Positions 15,001 through 26,700 of a stretch of DNA of 64,000 bases are shown piece after piece (the stretch's first letter is position 1; each line of letters opens with the position of its first letter). A program made the translations under genes and the position numbers. The DNA is taken from the NCBI GenBank assembly GCA_964057225.1, contig OZ059894.1, positions 12,958,001 through 13,022,000 on the forward strand, in the 5' to 3' direction. Under the pieces are notes generated by a model. The model searched no databases. It worked only from the letters and a program-made list of their open reading frames with translations, and was not told where the DNA came from. This DNA comes from Auanema rhodensis (lineage: Eukaryota; Animalia; Nematoda).

Positions 15001-16261
15001 CGTGATTAAATGAAGGAAATGGAGTAAAATGAATTGGAAAATTATAAAATATTTTCATGTTTTATTTCTTGAGTTTCAAAATATTCAAACTTTTTTTTTT
15101 CACTGTTTAAAATCTTAATGAACGAATGAATTGTTTCAAAACTATTGTAAAAATTTGAGATTGTTTCAAAATACGTGATTAAATGAAGAAAATGGAGTAA
15201 AATGAATTGGAAAATTATAAAATATTTCCATGTTTTATTTTTTTAGTATCAGAAAATTCAAATTAAGATCGTTTTTAATGTTTCAAATCTCAATGAACGA
15301 ATGAATTGTTTCAAAACTATTGTAAAAATATGAGATTGTTTCAAAATACGTGATTAAATGAAGAAAATGGAGTAAAATGAATTGGAAAATTATAAAATAT
15401 TTTCATGTTTTATTTCTTGAGTTTCAAAATATTCAAACTTTTTTTTTTCACTGTTTAAAATCTTAATGAACGAATGAATTGTTTCAAAACTATTGTAAAA
15501 ATTTGAGATTGTTTCAAAATACGTGATTTAATGAAGAAAATAGAGTAAAATGAATTGGAAAATTATAAAATATTTTCATGTTTTATTTTTTTAGTATCAG
15601 AAAATTCAAATTAAGATCGTTTTTAATGTTTCAAATCTTAATGAACGAATGAATTGTTTCAAAACTATTGTAAAAATATGAGATTGTTTCAAAATACGTG
15701 ATTAAATGAAGAAAATGGAGTAAAATGAATTGGAAAATTATAAAATATTTTCATTTTTTATTTCTTGAGTATCAAAATATTCAAAATTATATCTTTTTTA
15801 CTGTTAAAAACATTATTAACTGGATGATTTGTTTGGAAATTATTGTAAAAATATGAGATTGTTTCAAAATACGTGATTAAATGAAGAAAATGGAGTAAAA
15901 TGAATTGGAAAATTATAAAATATTTCCATGTTTTATTTTTTTAGTATCAGAAAATTCAAATTAAGATCGTTTTTAATGTTTCAAATCTCAATGAACGAAT
16001 GAATTGTTTCAAAACTATTGTAAAAATATGAGATTGTTTCAAAATACGTGATTAAATGAAGAAAATGGAGTAAAATGAATTGGAAAATTATAAAATATTT
16101 TCATGTTTTATTTCTTGAGTTTCAAAATATTCAAACTTTTTTTTTTCACTGTTTAAAATCTTAATGAACGAATGAATTGTTTCAAAACTATTGTAAAAAT
16201 TTGAGATTGTTTCAAAATACGTGATTTAATGAAGAAAATAGAGTAAAATGAATTGGAAAAT
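1..16261. repeat. AT-rich 173-175 bp satellite array, segment 1 (A/B/C monomers, highly homogeneous)
   Basis: TGTTTCAAAACTATTGTAAAAAT recurs at 1, 176, 349 and onward. Type A (175 bp) carries TCAGAAAATTCAAATTAAGATCG. Type B (173 bp) carries AAACT(10)CACTG. Type C (175 bp) carries AAATTATATCTTTTTTACTGTTAAAAACATTATTAACTGGATG. Confidence 0.98.
1521..6388. repeat. Higher-order repeat: 13-monomer unit (2260 bp) followed by a 15-monomer variant (2608 bp)
   Basis: Type C monomer marker at 1521, 3781 and 6389. The rare variant AAAATTTGTGATT near 1781, 4041 and 6650 shows the same spacing. Confidence 0.85.
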
Positions 16262-16474
16262 TTTCTTAAATTTTCCTATTTTATGAAGTAAAATTTTAAT
16301 TATATCCCATGTCTTAAGCTATTTATTTTCCAAATAACATATCTTCTCGGTAATCAATAAAACAAAAATTAACAGAAATCAACAGTATTTCGTAACACAT
16401 TGTAAAATGAGCGTATCATTACCCGTGGTGCTAACCAGTAATGACACGCCCCCTAACTAACACATAAACATCAG
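16262..16474 (-). repeat. Copy 1 right (3') ITR (16300-16474) plus 38-bp right extension (16262-16299)
   Basis: 16300-16474 is the reverse complement of 20536-20710. The extension TTTCTTAAATTTTCCTATTTTATGAAGTAAAATTTTAA is mirrored in the ICR. Confidence 0.93.
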
Positions 16475-16692
16475 AGTCAAAAAAATATAAACTTCACAAT
16501 GTAACAAGGTATAATACATCAAAACAAAAGAAACAATAAAATCACTTCTTCATTTTACTGTTGTTTCTATTAAAAGGTTTTACAGGTATTGAGTTCGAAG
16601 ACGACCATCTACTGCAATAACATAAACATTTTTTTCAAGCTGAATATAAAAGAGGGATGGTGAACACACACAGGGGATGGTGGAGGGAAGTC

Positions 16693-16768
16693 AGACATGG
16701 GATATAATTAAAATTTTACTTCATAAAATAGGAAAATTTAAGAAATTATATCCCATGTCTTAAGCTAT
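16693..16768 (-). repeat. Copy 1 internal complementary region (ICR)
   Basis: AGACATGGGATATAATTAAAA...TTTAAGAAA|TTATATCCCATGTCTTAAGCTAT joins the element's right and left termini. It lies just past the YR stop codon. Confidence 0.93.
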
Positions 16769-16771
16769 CTT

Positions 16772-17983
16772 TCAAAAAATTGCAGCTTGAAAGGATCTGG
16801 TTCTGCAGTAGTGTTTGAAAAATGAAGTGTCGGATTTCCAATTTGCGGCACTCATTATAGTTTTCAATGGAACCCCTTTTTTAAAAGCTGACGAAGTAGA
16901 AGCGTGACGGGTAGAGTGCGCAGAAAATCTATGCGGTATTTTTGCCAACGATAAAATATCCCTTATCCACCGAGCTACTGTTGTACTTGTAATACTCGTT
17001 CCTTGTGAGATGGATATCAGTAAATTATTTGAAAGCCGTTTAGACTCAGTTTTGTCTAAATATGCTTTGATACATGCTACCGGACAGAGTAACGGTCTGT
17101 CTAAAGAAATCTCATAGGTAGCTTTATGAGGTATTCCCGCTTTTCTATTTTTATTTCTATAATTTATGAAAAACGTAACACCGTTATCATTGAATTGAAC
17201 ATGGTCTATAGAGAACTGCGCTATTTCTGACACTCGTTTTGGGGAGCATAAAGCTAATAGCATTGCTAATTTTTTGGTTAGTAGTTCCAACGATAATTCG
17301 TTGTTGGGCCCCAGACTTTCTAAATATGAAAGAACAATGGAAGGTTCCCAAGAATCTATATATTTAGGTTGTGGAGGTTTTAATCTGAACGCTCCCCTAG
17401 ATATTCTACTAAGTAAAGGGTTATCCCGAAGAGGGGGACTAATTTTCAGAAAGTCAGCTAAAGCACAAAGTGCGGATTTATAGCCCAAAACTGTTGAAAC
17501 GGCTTTGTCGTTAAACATAGATGACAAAAAATCTGCAGCGGTTGAAGGAGAGGGAGTAATAGAAATTTTGTGAGAAGCACAATAAATTTCCCACTTTTTA
17601 AGAGCTGTATTATATTGCTTACGAGTTCCTGCAGCCCAGGAGTTTAAGAATAGAGACATGGTATCATTAGATATATCAGGAATTAGGCCAGTCAAATTCT
17701 CCATGCTAAGAGCTGGAAGTTGTGGCTCTTCAACAGTGGGTGAACTTCTCCCACTGGGTTCCGTAAGAGGTAAGGGTGTTGTAATACCCGTACTTCCTTG
17801 TGAATTTTCTTTAATGTAGGGAACCAATATTGACTTGTCCAGTTCGGAGCTATTAAGATTGCTTTGCATCGATCTCGAACAATCTTTGCTATTGCTTTCC
17901 CCACCATTGAAAATGGAGGGAAAATGTAAGCGTATCCTTGTGATACTTCTGCCCAATTTACGGCAAAGGAGTTGATAAAGCAA
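16772..17983 (-). CDS. Tyrosine recombinase (YR) of DIRS copy 1; real start probably ATG at 17869 or 17704
   Basis: Catalytic R (PKRVSEI), K (KNRK), HSTR (H-x-x-R), ANW and HY. Integrase N-terminal-like segment SWAAGTRKQYNTALKKW. The ORF-track start is a TTG. Confidence 0.93.
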   Translation of the reverse strand: MLYQLLCRKLGRSITRIRLHFPSIFNGGESNSKDCSRSMQSNLNSSELDKSILVPYIKENSQGSTGITTPLPLTEPSGRSSPTVEEPQLPALSMENLTGLIPDISNDTMSLFLNSWAAGTRKQYNTALKKWEIYCASHKISITPSPSTAADFLSSMFNDKAVSTVLGYKSALCALADFLKISPPLRDNPLLSRISRGAFRLKPPQPKYIDSWEPSIVLSYLESLGPNNELSLELLTKKLAMLLALCSPKRVSEIAQFSIDHVQFNDNGVTFFINYRNKNRKAGIPHKATYEISLDRPLLCPVACIKAYLDKTESKRLSNNLLISISQGTSITSTTVARWIRDILSLAKIPHRFSAHSTRHASTSSAFKKGVPLKTIMSAANWKSDTSFFKHYCRTRSFQAAIF

Positions 17984-19746
17984 GCTCCCGGGTCTGGAAG
18001 GTATGAAATATATCTATCTAATTTGAAATTATTTGAAGAAGCAAATAGATCAATGTTAGGTGTTCCCCATTCAAGGAATATTTCTTTAATGATTTCATCA
18101 TGTAAGGACCACTCCTCACTATCTAAGAACTGTCCTCTCGATAACTTGTCGGCGGAAATATTTTGTCGTCCCGGAATATGAGAAGCTTTTATTCTGATAC
18201 CGCGGACAGTGCAAAATTCCCATAACTTTAAGGCTATATCTGAGCCTTCAGCCGAACGAGTGCCTCCTCGTTTGTTAATATAAGCAATAGCCGACATGTT
18301 ATCAAGAAGTAAGGTCACGTCTACGTAACTTTTAGATTTGAGGAAGAATGAAACCGCTTTATAAGCAGCGCTCAGTTCTCTCCAGTTAATATGAAGTTTC
18401 TTTTCTTCAATAGACCAGATTCCGGAAATTTGTTGACCGTCCATACAACCTCCATATCCTCGCAAGGAAGCGTCGGATGTTATAGTTATCGAAGGTGAAA
18501 ACGGACAAAACGAAACAGGCAGATGCATTACAGTTTCCAAGATAAATTTAACTTGAGGAAATATTATGTCCAAATCTCGCGATCTATTTAACTTTTCGTT
18601 AATGTGTAAGGAAGAAGAGAGAGCTTTCAAGGATACCACACCTAGCGCACGTTGGAGAGAGTGAACGAAAAAACTGATTTCGGGATGAACAATAGCAGTA
18701 AAGTTCAATAAGCCCAACAGGGATGCAAAACATCTTAATGTGGCGTCTGGTTTATTTACCCGATCTAATGCATTTTGAATGCGATCTAACTTTGATACTG
18801 GTATTGACCATGTACCTTCCTGGGCATTTAGATTGATTCCCAGAAATTCTATTCTTTGAGTAGGGATTAAAATGGATTTAGTGTGGTTAACTGAGAAACC
18901 AGATTGCTTGAATAAACACAAGGCTAACTGAATATGCTCTTGTACTTGAGTGACAGATGACCCAATAAACAGCCAATCGTCTAGATAGTTAATAATGCGA
19001 ACTCCTTTACTTCGTAAATACGAAGCAAGGACTCTAACGATCTTATGAAAGGTGAATGGAGCTGAACTAAGGCCAAATGGCATGGCTTGAAAAACATAAC
19101 CAGAACCTCCAGCTCGAAAAGCTAGGAAAGGTTGATGTTCTGGATCAATAGGAACAGCATGATATGCAGACGAAAAATCTATTTTAGCTAACCAATCCGA
19201 TGGTTGTATCAATAGTGATACATCTTTAATTGATTCTAGCTTGAAGGGAAGGTCCTGCAGATATGAATTGAGTCGTCTCAGATTCAAAATAAAGCGAAAC
19301 TCTCCATCTTTCTTGGGCACAACAAAAGCAGGGGATAAGAATACCTTTTCATTTTTTTGAATAGGTCTAATGGTGCCTTCTGACAGCATATCCACTATCA
19401 ATAAGTCAAGGTTTCTTGAAGAGACCGAGTTATTAAGCGAGGAATCAAAATTACTCAAAGGAGGTAGATAACCGTTAAATGGTAAACGATAATTAATAAC
19501 TGATTGCAAAATGAACAAATCAGACGAAATAGAAAACCAAAATGAACAATGATTGGCTAATGAACGTGCAGAAAAGGAGGGAACTAACTTCGTACGTTGA
19601 GCAACAGAGCGGGAAGTAGTTTTCCTATTAACAGTGTGTCTACGGTCCGATGGTACCACACGACGTTGAGATTGCTCCGAGCGGTGTTTCATAACCTCGT
19701 TAGGTTTTCTCAGTTCGGCTCGCAGTGCTCGCCCAAACAGTTCCAC
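17692..19746 (-). CDS. pol: Pol (reverse transcriptase, RNase H, Dam-like N6-adenine methyltransferase domain) of DIRS copy 1
   Basis: FVVPKKDG..RFILNL, KIDFSSAYH, MPFGLSSAP and YLDD (RT). SDAS..HINWREL..DN..ADKLSR (RNase H). IDLFAS..YIFPPF (MT). The ORF begins at GTG and is probably translated as a spliced Gag-Pol. Confidence 0.96.
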   Translation of the reverse strand: MELFGRALRAELRKPNEVMKHRSEQSQRRVVPSDRRHTVNRKTTSRSVAQRTKLVPSFSARSLANHCSFWFSISSDLFILQSVINYRLPFNGYLPPLSNFDSSLNNSVSSRNLDLLIVDMLSEGTIRPIQKNEKVFLSPAFVVPKKDGEFRFILNLRRLNSYLQDLPFKLESIKDVSLLIQPSDWLAKIDFSSAYHAVPIDPEHQPFLAFRAGGSGYVFQAMPFGLSSAPFTFHKIVRVLASYLRSKGVRIINYLDDWLFIGSSVTQVQEHIQLALCLFKQSGFSVNHTKSILIPTQRIEFLGINLNAQEGTWSIPVSKLDRIQNALDRVNKPDATLRCFASLLGLLNFTAIVHPEISFFVHSLQRALGVVSLKALSSSLHINEKLNRSRDLDIIFPQVKFILETVMHLPVSFCPFSPSITITSDASLRGYGGCMDGQQISGIWSIEEKKLHINWRELSAAYKAVSFFLKSKSYVDVTLLLDNMSAIAYINKRGGTRSAEGSDIALKLWEFCTVRGIRIKASHIPGRQNISADKLSRGQFLDSEEWSLHDEIIKEIFLEWGTPNIDLFASSNNFKLDRYISYLPDPGACFINSFAVNWAEVSQGYAYIFPPFSMVGKAIAKIVRDRCKAILIAPNWTSQYWFPTLKKIHKEVRVLQHPYLLRNPVGEVHPLLKSHNFQLLAWRI

Positions 19747-19755
19747 GGCCTGAGC

Positions 19756-19798
19756 CTGTAAAACAAATAATATAAGGTTAAAAGGCGGAGTGACTTAC
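19756..19798 (-). other. Predicted 43-nt spliceosomal intron joining gag and pol (copy 1)
   Basis: Reverse complement of GTAAGT...TTTTAAC...TTTGTTTTACAG, identical to the copy 2 intron. Confidence 0.75.
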
Positions 19799-20503
19799 TC
19801 CTAGTACCGTATCAAAGGAGGAAGACGAACTAAGGCCAACTTTACGATAGTTCGGCATGCTCTGTGAAGGGCGAGAGAATCCCATTCTGAGAAGGGCAAG
19901 CTCTCGAGTTGCTCCTAAGAAAGTGCGCAGATTTGCACTGACAAAGCGTTCCAGAATTGAGAGATAACCAGCAACTTTCGGAGAAAGTGGGCCACCTTCA
20001 TCATTGGATCCGAGAAAACGGATAATAGTAACGATATTCAGAACTTGTAACTCGTTTTCGTAAAGTCCTCGTAACTCCTGTTCTGATACTTTATGAAATG
20101 ATCTCGTTGAGCCATCCAAAAGATTTTGAAGTTTAGAGTCCAACACCGGGAGATCTGCTAAGATGGATTCCGGGCGAGGGAGTTCTTGAATTAGTGATGA
20201 GCGGTCCGAAGGAAGGAGAGTAATACCAGCTGCGAGATGTTCAAAGTTAGTAAGAAGATCTTCCGCAAGCGAGATAACCGGTCGTTCCTTGGAGGCTGGA
20301 GTTGAAGGAGGTAGAGGAACAGAGCTAGGTTGAGGACAAGGCCTCTGGCGCTTGAAAGGCCTGAGAGATAGTGAACAGGATCTAGATGACGAAACGGATC
20401 TAGAACGTGAACGTCGAATATTTTGCTCTCGCGAAGGCGAACGCGAATAATGAGACGAAGAATCCAAATCACGGGGAGTTGAAGGTTCCCGTGAAGACGG
20501 CAT
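19778..20503 (-). CDS. gag: Gag-like ORF1 of DIRS copy 1 (241 aa unspliced)
   Basis: First ATG-initiated ORF after the left ITR, upstream of pol, with an S/R/P-rich N-terminus. Assigned by position, not by a recognised domain. Confidence 0.8.
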   Translation of the reverse strand: MPSSREPSTPRDLDSSSHYSRSPSREQNIRRSRSRSVSSSRSCSLSLRPFKRQRPCPQPSSVPLPPSTPASKERPVISLAEDLLTNFEHLAAGITLLPSDRSSLIQELPRPESILADLPVLDSKLQNLLDGSTRSFHKVSEQELRGLYENELQVLNIVTIIRFLGSNDEGGPLSPKVAGYLSILERFVSANLRTFLGATRELALLRMGFSRPSQSMPNYRKVGLSSSSSFDTVLGVSHSAF

Positions 20504-20535
20504 AGCGACCGATCAGCGTATGTCGGAAAATAAAA

Positions 20536-20710
20536 CTGATGTTTATGTGTTAGTTAGGGGGCGTGTCATTACTGGTTAGCACCACGGGTAATGATACGCT
20601 CATTTTACAATGTGTTACGAAATACTGTTGATTTCTGTTAATTTTTGTTTTATTGATTACCGAGAAGATATGTTATTTGGAAAATAAATAGCTTAAGACA
20701 TGGGATATAA
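20536..20710 (-). repeat. Copy 1 left (5') ITR, 175 bp
   Basis: CTGATGTTTATGTG...GACATGGGATATAA, an inverted match to 16300-16474. Confidence 0.94.
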
Positions 20711-23700
20711 TATAAAATATTTTCATGTTTTATTTTTTTAGTATCAGAAAATTCAAATTAAGATCGTTTTTAATGTTTCAAATCTTAATGAACGAATGAA
20801 TTGTTTCAAAACTATTGTAAAAATATGAGATTGTTTCAAAATACGTGATTAAATGAAGAAAATGGAGTAAAATGAATTGGAAAATTATAAAATATTTTCA
20901 TTTTTTATTTCTTGAGTATCAAAATATTCAAAATTATATCTTTTTTACTGTTAAAAACATTATTAACTGGATGATTTGTTTGGAAATTATTGTAAAAATA
21001 TGAGATTGTTTCAAAATACGTGATTAAATGAAGAAAATGGAGCAAAATGAATTGGAAAATTATAAAATATTTTCATGTTTTATTTCTTGAGTATCAAAAT
21101 ATTTAAACTTTTTTTTTTCACTGTTTAAAATCTTACAGAACGAATGAATTGTTTCAAAACTATTGTAAAAATTTGAGATTGTTTCAAAATTTGTGATTAA
21201 ATGAAGAAAATGGAGTAAAATGAATTGGAAAATTATAAAATATTTCCATGTTTTATTTTCTTAGTATCAGAAAATTCAAATTAAGATCGTTTTTAATGTT
21301 TCAAATCTTAATGAACGAATGAATTGTTTCAAAACTATTGTAAAAATATGAGATTGTTTCAAAATACGTGATTAAATGAAGAAAATGGAGTAAAATGAAT
21401 TGGAAAATTATAAAATATTTTCATGTTTTATTTCTTGAGTTTCAAAATATTCAAACTTTTTTTTTTCACTGTTTAAAATCTTAATGAACGAATGAATTGT
21501 TTCAAAACTATTGTAAAAATATGAGATTGTTTTAAAATACGTGATTAAATGAAGAAAATGGAGTAAAATGAATTGGAAAATTATAAAATATTTCCATGTT
21601 TTATTTTTTTAGTATCAGAAAATTCAAATTAAGATCGTTTTTAATGTTTCAAATCTCAATGAACGAATGAATTGTTTCAAAACTATTGTAAAAATATGAG
21701 ATTGTTTCAAAATACGTGATTAAATGAAGAAAATGGAGCAAAATGAATTGGAAAATTATAAAATATTTTCATGTTTTATTTCTTGAGTATCAAAATATTT
21801 AAACTTTTTTTTTTCACTGTTTAAAATCTTAATGAACGAATGAATTGTTTCAAAACTATTGTAAAAATATGAGATTGTTTCAAAATACGTGATTAAATGA
21901 AGAAAATGGAGTAAAATGAATTGGAAAATTATAAAATATTTTCATGTTTTATTTCTTGAGTTTCAAAATATTCAAACTTTTTTTTTTCACTGTTTAAAAT
22001 CTTACAGAACGAATGAATTGTTTCAAAACTATTGTAAAAATTTGAGATTGTTTCAAAATACGTGATTAAATGAAGAAAATGGAGTAAAATGAATTGGAAA
22101 ATTATAAAATATTTCCATGTTTTATTTTCTTAGTATCAGAAAATTCGAATTAAGATCGTTTTCAATGTTTCAAATCTTAATGAACGAATTAATTGTTTCA
22201 AAACTATTGTAAAAATATGAGATTGTTTCAAAATACGTGATTAAATGAAGAAAATGGAGTAAAATGAATTGGAAAATTATAAAATATTTCCATGTTTTAT
22301 TTTTTTAGTATCAGAAAATTCAAATTAAGATCGTTTTTAATGTTTCAAATCTCAATGAACGAATGAATTGTTTCAAAACTATTGTAAAAATATGAGATTG
22401 TTTCAAAATACGTGATTAAATGAAGAAAATGGAGTAAAATGAATTGGAAAATTATAAAATATTTTCATGTTTTATTTCTTGAGTTTCAAAATATTCAAAC
22501 TTTTTTTTTTCACTGTTTAAAATCTTAATGAACGAATGAATTGTTTCAAAACTATTGTAAAAATATGAGATTGTTTCAAAATACGTGATTAAATGAAGAA
22601 AATGGAGTAAAATGAATTGGAAAATTATAAAATATTTCCATGTTTTATTTTCTTAGTATCAGAAAATTCAAATTAAGATCGTTTTCAATGTTTCAAATCT
22701 TAATGAACGAATTAATCGTTTCAAAACTATTGTAAAAATATGAGATTGTTTCAAAATACGTGATTAAATGAAGAAAATAGAGTAAAATGAATTGGAATAT
22801 TATGAAATATTTTCATGTTTTATTTCTTGAGTATCAAAATATTCAAACTTTTTTTTTTCACTGTTTAAAATCTTAATGAACGAATGAATTGTTTCAAAAC
22901 TATTGTAAAAATATGAGATTGTTTCAAAATACGTGATTAAATGAAGGAAATGGAGTAAAATGAATTGGAAAATTATAAAATATTTTCATGTTTTATTTCT
23001 TGAGTTTCAAAATATTCAAACTTTTTTTTTTCACTGTTTAAAATCTTAATGAACGAATGAATTGTTTCAAAACTATTGTAAAAATTTGAGATTGTTTCAA
23101 AATACGTGATTAAATGAAGAAAATGGAGTAAAATGAATTGGAAAATTATAAAATATTTCCATGTTTTATTTTTTTAGTATCAGAAAATTCAAATTAAGAT
23201 CGTTTTTAATGTTTCAAATCTCAATGAACGAATGAATTGTTTCAAAACTATTGTAAAAATATGAGATTGTTTCAAAATACGTGATTAAATGAAGAAAATG
23301 GAGTAAAATGAATTGGAAAATTATAAAATATTTTCATGTTTTATTTCTTGAGTTTCAAAATATTCAAACTTTTTTTTTTCACTGTTTAAAATCTTAATGA
23401 ACGAATGAATTGTTTCAAAACTATTGTAAAAATTTGAGATTGTTTCAAAATACGTGATTTAATGAAGAAAATAGAGTAAAATGAATTGGAAAATTATAAA
23501 ATATTTTCATGTTTTATTTTTTTAGTATCAGAAAATTCAAATTAAGATCGTTTTTAATGTTTCAAATCTTAATGAACGAATGAATTGTTTCAAAACTATT
23601 GTAAAAATATGAGATTGTTTCAAAATACGTGATTAAATGAAGAAAATGGAGTAAAATGAATTGGAAAATTATAAAATATTTTCATTTTTTATTTCTTGAG

Positions 23701-26700
23701 TATCAAAATATTCAAAATTATATCTTTTTTACTGTTAAAAACATTATTAACTGGATGATTTGTTTGGAAATTATTGTAAAAATATGAGATTGTTTCAAAA
23801 TACGTGATTAAATGAAGAAAATGGAGCAAAATGAATTGGAAAATTATAAAATATTTCCATGTTTTATTTTCTTAGTATCAGAAAATTCAAATTAAGATCG
23901 TTTTTAATGTTTCAAATCTTAATGAACGAATGAATTGTTTCAAAACTATTGTAAAAATATGAGATTGTTTCAAAATACGTGATTAAATGAAGAAAATGGA
24001 GTAAAATGAATTGGAAAATTATAAAATATTTTCATTTTTTATTTCTTGAGTATCAAAATATTCAAAATTATATCTTTTTTACTGTTAAAAACATTATTAA
24101 CTGGATGATTTGTTTGGAAATTATTGTAAAAATATGAGATTGTTTCAAAATACGTGATTAAATGAAGAAAATGGAGCAAAATGAATTGGAAAATTATAAA
24201 ATATTTCCATGTTTTATTTTCTTAGTATCAGAAAATTCAAATTAAGATCGTTTTTAATGTTTCAAATCTTAATGAACGAATGAATTGTTTCAAAACTATT
24301 GTAAAAATATGAGATTGTTTCAAAATACGTGATTAAATGAAGAAAATGGAGTAAAATGAATTGGAAAATTATAAAATATTTTCATTTTTTATTTCTTGAG
24401 TATCAAAATATTCAAAATTATATCTTTTTTACTGTTAAAAACATTATTAACTGGATGATTTGTTTGGAAATTATTGTAAAAATATGAGATTGTTTCAAAA
24501 TACGTGATTAAATGAAGAAAATGGAGCAAAATGAATTGGAAAATTATAAAATATTTCCATGTTTTATTTTCTTAGTATCAGAAAATTCAAATTAAGATCG
24601 TTTTTAATGTTTCAAATCTTAATGAACGAATGAATTGTTTCAAAACTATTGTAAAAATATGAGATTGTTTCAAAATACGTGATTAAATGAAGAAAATGGA
24701 GTAAAATGAATTGGAAAATTATAAAACATTTCCATGTTTTATTTTCTTAGTATCAGAAAATTCAAATTAAGATCGTTTTTAATGTTTCAAATCTTAATGA
24801 ACGAATGAATTGTTTCAAAACTATTGTAAAAATATGAGATTGTTTCAAAATACGTGATTAAATGAAGAAAATGGAGTAAAATGAATTGGAAAATTATAAA
24901 ATATTTTCATTTTTTATTTCTTGAGTATCAAAATATTCAAAATTATATCTTTTTTACTGTTAAAAACATTATTAACTGGATGATTTGTTTGGAAATTATT
25001 GTAAAAATATGAGATTGTTTCAAAATACGTGATTAAATGAAGAAAATGGAGCAAAATGAATTGGAAAATTATAAAATATTTCCATGTTTTATTTTCTTAG
25101 TATCAGAAAATTCAAATTAAGATCGTTTTTAATGTTTCAAATCTTAATGAACGAATGAATTGTTTCAAAACTATTGTAAAAATATGAGATTGTTTCAAAA
25201 TACGTGATTAAATGAAGAAAATGGAGTAAAATGAATTGGAAAATTATAAAATATTTTCATTTTTTATTTCTTGAGTATCAAAATATTCAAAATTATATCT
25301 TTTTTACTGTTAAAAACATTATTAACTGGATGATTTGTTTGGAAATTATTGTAAAAATATGAGATTGTTTCAAAATACGTGATTAAATGAAGAAAATGGA
25401 GCAAAATGAATTGGAAAATTATAAAATATTTCCATGTTTTATTTTCTTAGTATCAGAAAATTCAAATTAAGATCGTTTTTAATGTTTCAAATCTTAATGA
25501 ACGAATGAATTGTTTCAAAACTATTGTAAAAATATGAGATTGTTTCAAAATACGTGATTAAATGAAGAAAATGGAGTAAAATGAATTGGAAAATTATAAA
25601 ATATTTTCATTTTTTATTTCTTGAGTATCAAAATATTCAAAATTATATCTTTTTTACTGTTAAAAACATTATTAACTGGATGATTTGTTTGGAAATTATT
25701 GTAAAAATATGAGATTGTTTCAAAATACGTGATTAAATGAAGAAAATGGAGCAAAATGAATTGGAAAATTATAAAATATTTCCATGTTTTATTTTCTTAG
25801 TATCAGAAAATTCAAATTAAGATCGTTTTTAATGTTTCAAATCTTAATGAACGAATGAATTGTTTCAAAACTATTGTAAAAATATGAGATTGTTTCAAAA
25901 TACGTGATTAAATGAAGAAAATGGAGTAAAATGAATTGGAAAATTATAAAACATTTCCATGTTTTATTTTCTTAGTATCAGAAAATTCAAATTAAGATCG
26001 TTTTTAATGTTTCAAATCTTAATGAACGAATGAATTGTTTCAAAACTATTGTAAAAATATGAGATTAATTCAAAATACGTGATTAAATGAAGAAAATGGA
26101 GTAAAATGAATTGGAAAATTATAAAATATTTTCATGTTTTATTTCTTGAGTTTCAAAATATTCAAACTTTTTTTTTTCACTGTTTAAAATCTTAATGAAC
26201 GAATGAATTGTTTCAAAACTATTGTAAAAATATGAGATTGTTTCAAAATACGTGATTAAATGAAGAAAATGGAGTAAAATGAATTGGAAAATTATAAAAT
26301 ATTTTCATGTTTTATTTCTTGAGTTTCAAAATATTCAAACTTTTTTTTTTCACTGTTTAAAATCTTAATTAACGAATGAATTGTTTCAAAACTATTGTAA
26401 AAATATGAGATTGTTTCAAAATACGTGATTAAATGAAGAAAATGGAGTAAAATGAATTGGAAAATTATAAAATATTTCCATGTTTTATTTTTTTAGTATC
26501 AGAAAATTCAAATTAAGATCGTTTTTAATGTTTCAAATCTCAATGAACGAATGAATTGTTTCAAAACTATTGTAAAAATATGAGATTGTTTCAAAATACG
26601 TGATTAAATGAAGAAAATGGAGTAAAATGAATTGGAAAATTATAAAATATTTTCATGTTTTATTTCTTGAGTTTCAAAATATTCAAACTTTTTTTTTTCA

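Larger units (their letters stand above)
16262..20710 (-). mobile_element. Full-length DIRS1-type tyrosine-recombinase retrotransposon, copy 1 (4449 bp)
   Basis: gag, RT/RH/MT and YR ORFs, 175-bp ITRs, right extension and ICR. Colinear with copy 2 with no net indels (pos1+pos2=57031). The satellite resumes in phase on both sides. Confidence 0.97.

Noticed and set aside
1-16261. CRISPR-like pattern of constant and variable segments
   Set aside because: The variable parts are a few homologous recurring variants rather than unique spacers, there are no cas genes, and the context is eukaryotic.
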